Shown here: positions 11,901-23,900 of the stretch, one piece after another
How the letters are laid out: each line of letters opens with the position of its first letter
How positions within the stretch are numbered: the stretch's first letter is position 1
NCBI RefSeq assembly: GCF_004010195.1
Contig: NC_057754.1
Coordinates: 7,529,428-7,564,105 of the forward strand
Direction: 5' to 3'
Source: Chiloscyllium plagiosum
Taxonomy: Eukaryota
DNA: 34,678 nucleotides
The notes under the pieces: model-generated
The model's database searches: none
Seen by the model: the letters and a program-made list of their open reading frames with translations, nothing else
What the model was told of the DNA's origin: nothing
Program-made: the position numbers and the translations under genes

Positions 11901-14900
11901 NNNNNNNNNNNNNNNNNNNNNNNNNNNNNNNNNNNNNNNNNNNNNNNNNNNNNNNNNNNNNNNNNNNNNNNNNNNNNNNNNNNNNNNNNNNNNNNNNNNN
12001 NNNNNNNNNNNNNNNNNNNNNNNNNNNNNNNNNNNNNNNNNNNNNNNNNNNNNNNNNNNNNNNNNNNNNNNNNNNNNNNNNNNNNNNNNNNNNNNNNNNN
12101 NNNNNNNNNNNNNNNNNNNNNNNNNNNNNNNNNNNNNNNNNNNNNNNNNNNNNNNNNNNNNNNNNNNNNNNNNNNNNNNNNNNNNNNNNNNNNNNNNNNN
12201 NNNNNNNNNNNNNNNNNNNNNNNNNNNNNNNNNNNNNNNNNNNNNNNNNNNNNNNNNNNNNNNNNNNNNNNNNNNNNNNNNNNNNNNNNNNNNNNNNNNN
12301 NNNNNNNNNNNNNNNNNNNNNNNAGAAAGCATACCAAACGCCGCCTTCACTATCCTATCTACCTGCGACTCCACTTTCAAGGAGCTATCATCTTTCAATT
12401 TCATTTGTTGAATTTAAATTCTACAGCTGTTGTTTGGGGGTTTGAACCCATGTCCCGTGGTTTACTAGGCCAGTGACAATACCACTTTACCACCATCCTA
12501 CTTTTCCTGTTGCCCTCCCTTGCCTGAGGTTGGCCCTGCGCTGTCAGACGGAGGCCGTAATTCTCAACCCTCCAACGGATCCGATATTGGCCTCAGGACA
12601 CTGCACTCCTGAGTGGCCGTGAGACCTTTTACATCTTCCTGAGTATGGTCTCAGGATTACATCCCAACTGAAAGGCAACATCCCTGAGAGTGCAGCATTC
12701 CCTCAGCACCAGCCTGCATTGTTGCATCCCTAACTAGTTCCAACTCAGAGAGAGGGAGAGATAAGGGGAGGGAGAGGAGGGGAAAAACTGATCAGGACAT
12801 TTTAATGCTTAAGGCATCATTGACTTGCATCATCCCTCCCTTTCAGGAAGAGGGGAGCACACTCTGGCCTAATACAGAGCTGATGGTTGATCGAAGAACT
12901 CTTGTGTTAAATGCTGTGCAGATGTCACACAGTGTAGGAGTATTCAGAACTGTGAGGAAGGGTACGATTCTGAAAGAACTTGCAAGAGCTGACAGACCCT
13001 TTCAGGGATGTGTGGGGTGTGGCAGGGGAGGATGTACTTGCACACATCACTAAAGGTGGCAAGGCAGTTTGCAAATGTAGTTAACTCAGCTCTGAGCTTT
13101 ACGAATAGAGGCAAGAAGGTTATGTCAAACTTGTCTGAAACACTGGATCAGCCTCAGCTGGAATAAAGTATCTGGACACCAAACTGCAGGAAAGGTGTGA
13201 GGGAGAGTTTATAAAGAATTCACAGGAATGGTCCCAGGAATGAGGAACTTCAGTGATCCCCAAGCAGAACAGAGCTGTCCTGCCCTCTGCACATTGCTTG
13301 ACCTTACTCCCGTCACAATAGTGTCAAGCGATCAAATCTGATTGCCTAGAACACAAGAGCAAGATGGTTATATTAAACTTGAATAAAACAGTTCTGTACA
13401 CCATACTTCAAGAAAGATGTGAAGGTTCCAGAGAGGGTGTTGAGCAAACCCAGGAGAATGATCCCAGGGTCAAGGGTTTTCATTGACATGGACAGATTGG
13501 AGAAGTTGGGAGCGTTCTCCTTCAAGAGGAGCATGGAGACTTGATCAAGGTGTTCAAAACCATAAGGGGTCTGGGACAGAGGAGAGCAGGAGATACTGTT
13601 CCTACTGGAGGAAGGATAAAGAAGAGGGTACAAATTGTGGGTGACTGACAACAGTTTCATGAAACGAGTGGTTGGGTTCAGGAATGCGCTGCCTAGGACT
13701 GTGGGCAAGGCAGGTTCAATCAAAGCTTTGCAAATGGGGAATCGGTTATTATTATCAGCAGGGGAGTGGGATGTCAAGAGTTACTCCAGTAGAGAGCTGC
13801 GATGAGACCCAGGTGCTAATGACCTCTTCCTGTGCTGTCATCACCTTGAGATTCTCAGAAACTAACCGCATGTTGCTTTGACTGCAGCGAGGTACAAGTC
13901 AACGTGTTCAACAAGCGGGAGGTAAAACCATCAGACAATGTGATCGGAGTTATCCGTGGGAGCGTAGAACCAGGTAAGTCTGCATCTGTGGGCAGCAAGG
14001 CTGCTTCTAACGTGGAAGGGCACTGCCAATGGGAACAGTGTGAGGTGTAAAAGTGCAAAGTGATGACAGGAGTCCTGTCTGCAGACTGTGGAGTCCTGCA
14101 TATCCTTCTTTGGGGAATTCTGATAAAATACAACATATTTCTGGCTCTTACCAGGCCAACTTGCACAGATTTCACCAGTTTCCTCATTTCCCCTCCCCCC
14201 ACCTTACCCCAGTTCCAACCTGCCAGCTTAGCACCATCCTCATGACCTGTCCTATCTGTTAATCTTCCTTCCCACCTATCTGCTCCACCCTCCTCTCCAA
14301 CCTATCACCCTTCATCCCCACCTCCATCCACCTATTGTACTCTTAGCTACCTTCTCCCCAGCCCCACCCCCCTCCCATTTATCTCTCCACCCCCGGAGGC
14401 TCCCTGCCTCATTCCCGATGAAGGGCTTTTGCCCGAAACATCGATTTTCCTACTCCTTGGATGCTGCCTGACCTGCTGTGCTTTTCCAGCACCGTTCTAA
14501 TCTTGTCCCGGGATTTAGGACCACAAGTTGAGGGAGTGGGGTGTAGAGGATTCACCAATCGCCAAGGGACCAAGGCCACAGGGGACTGATGCCAGGTGAA
14601 TAGGTGGGGGAAGTGACCGCATCACTGTGAAAGATGGAGATGTGGGTTGGCTTAGGCCTTCAGGGGGCGCCCACCTCCCAATGTCAGGGCATTGCGATGC
14701 CTTTAAATGCCACACAGTGTGCCACGCATGGTTAAGGTCCAGTGAAGGGACAGACACCCCTCTCTGCTGCCACCTGCCGCCCACCCTCTCACTACCGGTT
14801 TTGAAACATCAAACCTATCGTCGAAAAACCTTCATCAGGTATCTGGGAGCAGACCACATTAAAAAGATCTCCTTGAGTCAGGGCACTGGCCATAGATCAG

Positions 14901-17900
14901 TCAAACAGGCCGAGGAGCCAAGAACATCCTGTATTTATATATCTCCTTCCACAGCCACAACACCCCTCATGGCAAATTGGCTACTGTTCTGAAGTTTAGC
15001 CGTAGACCCTTGATGGCACAGAAGGAGACTGGTCAACTCTGTACTTCCCTCACCACACCTCCTCAGCCCACATCACTATTGCAAACTAAGAAATAGGACA
15101 CCAGTTACTGCGCAGCAAGCTCTCATGAACAACAATGTGATACTGGCAAGACAATCTGTTTATTGTAACTTTTGATGGGTATGATAAATTTTAGTCCCAG
15201 GACAGGAGGAGAAATACCCCTTTACATCCCTTGTCCCAGTACTGACCCTCCGAGAATGCGGCACTCTCTCAGTACTGACCATCCATCAGTGAGCACTCCC
15301 TCAGTACTGATCCTTCAACAGTGCAGAACTCCCTCAGTACTGATCCTACGACAATGTGGAGCTCCCTTAGTACTGACCCTCCGACAATGCAGAGTTCCTT
15401 CAGTACTGACCCTCCGACACTGCAGAGCTCCCTCAGAACTAACCCTCTGACAGTGTGGCAGACCCTCTGATAGTGCAGAGTTCCCTCAGTACTGACCCTC
15501 CGACAGTGCAGAGCTCCCTCAGCACTGACCCTCCGACAGTGCAGAGCTCCCTCAGAACTGACCATCTGACATTGTGGCACGCCCTCAGCACTGACTCTCC
15601 GACAGTGCAGAGCTCCCTCAACCCTCCGACAGTGCAGAGCTCCCTCAGTACTGACCCTCCGACAGTGCAGCACTCCCTTAATACTGACCCTCCGACAGTG
15701 CGGCACTCCCTCAGTACTGACCCTCTGACAGTGCGGCACTCCCTCAATACTGACCCTCCGACAGTGCGGCACTCCCTCAGTACTGGCCCTCTGACAGTGC
15801 AACACTCCCTCAGCACTAAATTTCTACGGTGCGGAACTCCCTCAGTACTGGCCCTCCGACAGTGCGGCACTCCCTCAGTACTGACCCTCCGACANNNNNN
15901 CAGTGCGGCACTCCCTCAGTACTGACCTTCCGATAGTGCGACACTCCCTCAGCACTGACCCTCTGACATTGTGGCACTCCTTCAGCACTGACCCGCTGAC
16001 AGTGCAGAGCTCCCTCAATACTAACCCTCCGACAGTGCAGCATTCCCTCAGTACTGACCCTCCGACAGTGCAGCACTCCCTCAGTACTGACCCTCCGACA
16101 GTGTGGCACTCCCCTCAGTACTGGCCCTCTGACAGTGCAACACTCCCTCAGCACTAAATTTCTACGGTGCGGCACTCCCTCAGTACTGGCCCTCCGACAG
16201 TGCAGCACTTCCTCAGTACTAACCCTCCGACAGTGTGGCACTCCCTCAGTACTAGCCCTCTGACAGTGCAACACTCCCTCAGCACTATATTTCTACAGTG
16301 CGGCACTCCCTCAGTACTGGCCCTAGGACAGTGCAGCACTCCCTCAGCACTGACCCTCCGACAGTGCGGCGCTACCTCAGTACTAACCCTCCGACAGTGC
16401 GGCTCTCCCTCAGTACTAGCCCTCTGACAGTGCAACACTCCCTCAGCACTTACCCTCTGACAGTGCAGCATTCCCTCAGTACTGACCCTCTGACAGTGCA
16501 ACGCTCCCTCAGTACTGACTCGCCAACAGTGCAGCATTCCCTCAGTACTGACCCTCTGGCAGTGTGGCACTCCCTCAGTACTGACCCTCCAATAGTGTGG
16601 TGCTCCCTCAGTACTGACCCTCCGACAGTGCAGCACTCCCTCAGTACTGACCCTCCGACAGTGCAGCGCTCCCTCAGCACTGACCCTCCAACAGTGCAGC
16701 GCTCCCTGAGTACTGGCCCTCTGACAGTGCAGCACTCCCTGAGTACTGGCCCTCTGACAGTGCAACACTCCCTCAGCACTAAATTTCTACAGTGCGGCAC
16801 TCCCTCAGTACTGGCCCTCCGACAGTGCAGCACTCCCTCAGTACTAACCCTCCGACAGTGCGGCACTCCCACAGTACTAGCCCTCTGACAGTGCAACACT
16901 CCCTCAGCACTATATTTCTACAGTGCGGCACTCCCTCAGTATTGGCCCTCGGACAGTGCAGCACTCCCTCAGTACTGACCCTCCAANNNNNNNNNNNCTC
17001 CCTCAGTACTGGCCCTCCGACAGTGCAGCACTCCCTCAGTATTAACCCTCCGACAGTGCGGCACTCCCACAGTACTAGCCCTCTGACAGTGCAACACTCC
17101 CTCAGCACTATATTTCTACAGTGCAGCACTCCCTCAGTATTGGCCCTCGGACAGTGCAGCACTCCCTCAGTACTGACCCTCCGACAGTGCAGCGCTCCCT
17201 CAGCACTGACCCTCCGACAAGTGCAGCGCTCCCTGAGTACTGGCCCTCTGACAGTACAGCACTCCCTGAGTACTGGCCCTCTGACAGTGCAACACTCCCT
17301 CAGCACTTACCCTCTGACAGTGCAGCGCTCCCTCAGTACCGGCCCTCAGCGCTAAATTTTTACGGTGCAGCGCTCCCTCAGTACTGACCCTCTGACAGTG
17401 CAACGCTCCCTCAGCACTGACCCTCTGACAGTGCGCGCTCCCTCAGTACTGACCCTCCGACAGTGCGGCACTCCCTCAGTACTGACCCTCCGACAGTGCA
17501 GCACTCCCTCAGTACTGGCCCTCTGACAGTGCGGCGCTCCCTCAGTACTGACCCTCCGACAGTGCAACAGTCCCTCAGCACTAAATTTCTACAGTGCAGC
17601 GCTCCCTGTGACCCGTCTGTCTCTGCACCGTGTGAGTGTCCTTATTGAGTATTAAGTCTTCTGTGGCCTTACTTCTCAACTTTCCTCCTGTTTTAGATCG
17701 CTACGTAATCTATGGCAATCACCGTGACAGTTGGGTCCATGGTGCTATCGACCCCAGTAGTGGCACTGCGGTCATGTTGGAGATCACCAGAGTCATGGGC
17801 AAGATGGTGAAGGAAGGTGAGTAACCAGCAGAATGGGATCTTCCCCGTCACATTGTACACTGACTTTTTACCTCTGGGGAGGTCTGCGTCAGGCCTAGCC

Positions 17901-20900
17901 CAGCCGAGCAGTATGACCACAGCCTCGGGCAGTTGGAGTTACAGATAGCACCAAGATGACAACAGTATATTCATCAGTACTTGCATTTGAGGAAAGAAGT
18001 CTGTCACACCAAAGCTGACATGACATGTACAATCTGGTGAACCTGGCATTTTGAGCTCTGCCACATCTGGACACAAGTTTCTTGGCTTGACAAAGTAGCT
18101 ACAGGTTATGGAGGGATAATAGAAAAGTTGAAGCCACAATCTGATTGGCCATAATCTTATAAAATGGCAGAGCAAACTGTACGGGCTGAACGGCCTCCAC
18201 TCATTCCTTGTTTATATGTTCCAACATGCTCTCTGTTTCTCACAGCTGCCTTTCACCCCCTGATTTCGCATAAGCCTTCATAGACTGGTTAACGTGGAGG
18301 CTACTAGATCCTGCTCAGGTCCTCTCTCGAAGGACCACCTCTGTACTAGGCACTGGGAGCTCACTCTGCTCCCCCCTCAATTCCCTCATTTTTTTTAACC
18401 GGTACCTACCATCCACGCCCATTGGATGGGAGTGTCCCACCACATGCCAACGGTGGTCCAGCCTCCACATACGGATGCCTTGATACCCCACCACAATACA
18501 ATAGAGGGAATTCTAAATGCGAAGGCTAGCCTTCGTCTCCACAAGGACTGTGCGGTGGTCATTCTTACTAATACTGCCATGGACGGATGCATCTGTGCCA
18601 GGCAAATTGATGAGAACAAGGTTCAAGTGGATATTTCTCTCCTGTTGGCTCCCTCATTACCTGTCACAGACCCAACCTGGCAGCAGTGTCCTTTAGGACT
18701 CAATCAGCTCAGTCACTTGTGCTGCTACTGAGGTATACTTGGTGACAGACATTAAGTCCCCCATCCAGAGTCCAATCTGCACCCTTGCTATCCTCTGTGG
18801 TTCTTCCAAGTGTTATTCAACATGGGACAGTAATGATTCACCAGCTGAAGGGGAGGTGGGAAGCAGAATGTGGGAATCAGTTCCAGTACCCTAAATCTCT
18901 CCATCTCTCTCCTCCTTTCAGGCAGTCTTTAAACTGTTCTCTTTGACTAAGGTTTTGGTCACCTGTGTCTCAGCCCTTGTTTGTTAATTGTTCCTTTACT
19001 GGGGCATTATGGTTACTCACCGTTGTTGTTGTTGTAGGCAAATGGCGGCCACGCCGTTCAATCATTTTCGGCAGCTGGGGCGCGGAGGAGTTTGGTTTAA
19101 TCGGCTCCACAGAATGGACCGAGGTAAGGTGGACACAATCCGCAGTCAGGAGTCTCCCCGTGTTGTTTCAGCTCCCTGGGTGCTCACAGTGCATTGAAAT
19201 AAATGGGGAGACCCCGAGAGGTGAGGGTGAACAAGAAACCCCCATCGCACATTCTTTGAGCACAGTTATTCCATCATGTTGAGAGCAAACCTTTGCCTTT
19301 ACCTGGCTGGCTTTCGCCACCTCAGGAACCCCCACGGCGCTTCACATACCACAAAGTGCTCTCGTAATTTGGCAACCAACCTGTGCACAAAACTGTCAGG
19401 AAATAATGAACTAGATCCTCTGTCTTTAGTCAGGTTGGTCAGGATTACTATCCTGGATTATTGGCCCAGATATTTATGTTGGAGTCTCTGGCCTGGGGTT
19501 TGAATCCATCACCTATAGCTACTCAATTAGCCACGGCCGACACTGCCTAGTGGTGGACACGGGAGAGTGGGAGGGAGCCTGTTGGCCATATTTCCCGTCG
19601 TGTTCTCTCCCTGATCTAGGAATACTACAAGAAACTGATTGAGAGGACTGTGGGATACATCAACGTGGACATTGCAGTGTTTGGTAAGAAACCTTGAGTG
19701 TTTGTCACATGTTATCTTCCTCTATCTCTCCCTCACTATTTGTGTGTGTGTGTGTGTCTTTCTGTTTCTCAGTGTCTGACTCACTGTCTTTCTCTCTCTG
19801 TTCATGTCTGTGTCTGACTGTCTCTGTCTCTCTCTATTTTTCACTCTTTCTCTAATCTTCCTCTGTCTCTCTTGATTTTGCTTCCTGTTTCCCATTTGCC
19901 TTCCCTAGTTCTCACACACATTTTCACAGTTCCTGTCTTGTTCCCTATATCTGCTTTAAGTTCCACAAACAGTATCCAGAATGAGAGGTCATAGATTTGG
20001 GACAAGGGGTAGCAGCTTTAAAACAGAAATGAGGAGGAATTACCTCTCTCGAAGGGTCATGAATCTGTGGATTAAGTACCCTAGAGTGTAGTGGATGCTG
20101 GGATATTGAATAAATTTAACCAAATGATAGACATTTTTAAATTAGTAATGAATTGAAGTGTTATGGAGAGTGGGCAGGAAAGTGGAATTGAGGCCAAGGT
20201 AAGGTCAACCATGATGGTATAAATGATGGAACAGGCTCAAATTGCCTACTCCTGCTCCTTGTTCTTGGATTCTTACGTCAGGTTGTCTGGAAATCTATTT
20301 ACTTGCACTTAAATAATGCTTTTAAAAATACTTTTGAGATGAATAGTTCAGTGCATTGGAAAACAGGGGTAGATGAGGAAATCAAACAGGGCTATAACCT
20401 CGCCCAAGGTATCCTATGGCACAGGAAGACAGGGTCAAAAAGAAGTTTCCTTTTACAATGATAGACAGAATGATTCCAGATGTCAGGCAATGTGCAGGTT
20501 TCAGACAGAGAAAATCAGATCATTCCGACAGAGGGACCTGTATCAGCAGCAATCTCCAAAACAGTGAGGGCAAAAGAAAATAAGTGCCCAACGCCGTGGA
20601 AGCTGTCGACAGAAAAGCTCCAGAAATAGACGGCTTTAGGGTGTCAGAGAGGAGAACATCCTACCGGGCTGTTAAATATATGGGTTTAAGAACGCATGTT
20701 AAGGAATAAGTGGGCTTTGTTAACAATTTGCTTCTGGGTCTCATGAAGTGAAGAAATAGCATAGAGTGCATGCAAACATTTGCTGAAAAGAAACTAAAAT
20801 TCAGCTGTATCCACTGAGCAAGGAAAAGCAGAAACAGCTCCTTCTGTGGGGGTTTGAGGATCTGTATGGTTGTTGTGGAAGGTGAAAGGGTTGAATCTTT

Positions 20901-23900
20901 ATTTCTGAGTTTCTGAAATGATAAGATCATTTCAAATGGTGGAAAAGGGTTCTTTTTTGGCCTTTGTGTGTAACAAACATGATTTTCTTTTGTTCAAAGT
21001 ACATTGGCAGCCTCTTGTGAATATGTTGAGTGACTGATCTTAAGGGTAAACAAATTGCAAAAATAAACCATGTGGTCTGTAAAGCCAGGTTTCCCTCTGG
21101 GATCTGACTTGTTCAGTAAAACCAGCTGGAATCAGGAATTTTGAGAGCACTAGGAAGACCCGCCTGGCGATGGTCTGGAGCTCTCTTTTAATGATGAGGT
21201 GTTTATATTGATCATTCTTTTTCTCTGCAACGGTTACAGCCAATGCCACCTTGAGAGCCAGTGGATCCCCAGCGGTGCAGAGTGTGGTGTTTGACGCAGC
21301 TAAGCAGGTAGGCACTGTCCAATTCTCACCTGAGAAACCTGCCTTTGGTCAGCCACAGTAGCCACTGTCCAGAGTAAAGACCCTTCCCACCTTCCATGTG
21401 ATGGAATTACACAGAATTGACAGCTTCAAAATGAGCCATTCAGCCCGTCTGCCCTGTGCTAGAGTTTCTTCTCCACACCGCCTGTTCTCTCTTACACCAT
21501 CACCCTATCCTTCCATTCCTTTTTCCCTCGTATTTACCCCAGTCTCCCCTTGAACACATCAGTACAATTGAGTAAACAAGGAGGAACCTTTTCCAATGGC
21601 AGGATGGTCAGTGACCAGAAGAATACCACAGTGATCCCCGGTTTGAGAAGAATTGGAAAGTTCTTTCAAAGAGCTAGCACAGCACAATGGGCCAAATGGT
21701 CTCCCTGTGTGCTGTAGATTTTATCGCCGATGTCGTAATGAGTTCCAAATTCTCACCATGCTCTGGGCTGTGATGAAGGCACATGATTTTATTTGGAACG
21801 TTGGGTTTTTTTTTGTGGCCATACTATGGCTTTAAATGGTGTATTTTGATTTTGTGTTTTTTTTTAAGAGACATGTTAAGACAGAGGCGCCAAACTATCT
21901 GTCTGAATCCAGTAAAGAGCTTGTGAGGCATTGTGACTTTTTGTTAGAGTTGGAACAATAGAAGCAGCCTGGATGGGTGTGGTCAAGCCCCCCCAAGCCA
22001 GGATATTTGGATTTATTTTAGCAGTAGCAGCTGCTGGGGTCATGAAGCTGGGTTTGGAATCTACAGTACATCTGTTCCTGCTACTCTCTCTCAGAGTTTT
22101 CTCTTGATGTTTTTCCTCCTGGACTGGAGAATGCCTGTGAGACGATCTATTTTAATTAATTTCCTTTTGCCAAGGTGTGTTTATGGGATGTTATTATATT
22201 GGAACAGTTACTGTTTAGTGGTTAAATGAGCTATTATTCTGTTAAGTTTTCCAGTAGAATTAAATCATTCCAATTTCTTTTCTCTTTTGTTGTATTTTAA
22301 CTATAGTGTATGAATAAAGTGTGGTTTACTTCATGACTGGTAGTTTAACCAATCGGATTGCATCTGAAACGCAATGCCTGGCGAAAACGTGATGGTCCAG
22401 GCTATCTCCTTAATGTATTTTGAAGGGGTTTGGTAAAGTCCGTAACAATTTTAAAGTGGCCACGACCTCATAGAGCTTCCAGTTCGAATTGTATTTCCAA
22501 ACTATGGTGTTAAGAAATGAAGGACATAGATGTGTTTTAGTTTTGAGTTGAGAGAGGGGTACTGCATTGTCCGAAGGTTTGGTTACATACATCTAAATGT
22601 GATCTTTAAAACCTGAAGTGAATAGGTCAGTGCACTAGAAACAAGGGTGGAGGACAAAAAGAATACTATTATTGCCCAACAACAAGTTGGGAGACAGGAA
22701 GACTGAACCATCCACGAGCTTTACTGTGAGGTTTAAGATCCTGCAACTGATGAGTGTTGCTGCGCTCCTGATGCAATGTCTCGTTCTAGTTCTGTGACTG
22801 GGCTTTTACTGCTTATCATTCTGGGTTTCTAGGTCTCAGCTCCTGGACACAGTGACCTGTCTGTCTATGAAAACTGGATGAAGCATTCAAACCGAACAAG
22901 TGCTCTCCATGGCCTCATTCCAAAGTAAGCTCGCTCCTGGATATCTAACCAGAACCCCCATGATCTTAAGGAATTTGACCGTGTTGTGGTAATAAAACTT
23001 CTCATCTGCCATTGCATTGGTGAGGTGAGAGAGACACCTAACAGTGCAGGTATAATTAATTGATAGGAACGGAAGGGGGAATACCCATGTGGCAGAGGTC
23101 CAAGGTAGTGTAACAGTACAGACCTTACGAACTAAAGAAAGACTGAATAAATGATAGGAGACTCAAATATGTAACAGAGCAGACAAAGCCTGGAGGTAGC
23201 AGGATGGGGAAGAAAAGCTGCCTCAAAAAACAAGGGGATTATTTATACCTTTTCAGTTCTGAAGGAATCATACCGAACCTGAAATAGCTGAGGGCGGCAC
23301 AGTGGCTCAGTGGTTAGCACTGCTGCCTCACAGTATCATGGTCTCAGGTTTGATTCTGGCCTCGGCGACTGTCTGTGTGGAGTTTGCACGTTCTCCCCGT
23401 GTCTGCGTGGGTTTCCTCTGGGTGCTCCGGTTTGCTCCCACAATCCAAAGATGTGCAGGTTAGGGTGCATTGGCCGTGCTAAATTGCCTGTAGTGTTAGG
23501 TGCATTAGTCAGATTGGGTGGGTTACTCTCCGGAGGGTCAGTGTGGACTTGTTGGGCCGAAGGGCCTGTTTCCACACTGTAGGGAATCTAATCTAATCTA
23601 ACTGTTACTTGCTCCACAGATGCTGTCAGACCTGCTGAGATTCTCCAGCATTCTCTGTTCAGGGTCATTATTCCCTAATTAACAGAGAAAGGTGGTAGCA
23701 TTGAGCTGGTGAACCAGGGGGCTACAAAAGTTACCACATAACTCAGGAAGTGGAGAGGATTTTAAACGAAATAGGGGAACAAGGAACCAAATTTGGGAAA
23801 GTGTGGTAAATCAAAAAGTGGAATCCAGGCCAAAGAGAAAGGAATTAAAGCAGGAAATGATAAACAGATTGTGGCAGGGAAGGATAGGGAGATACATCAG

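Noticed and set aside
8896..12445. ORFs of 180-403 aa in the ORF track
   Set aside because: They consist almost entirely of X residues from the N gaps.
15235..17607. CRISPR-like appearance of the 33-bp palindromic repeats
   Set aside because: Units are head-to-tail with no unique spacers, there are no cas genes, and the context is a vertebrate intron.
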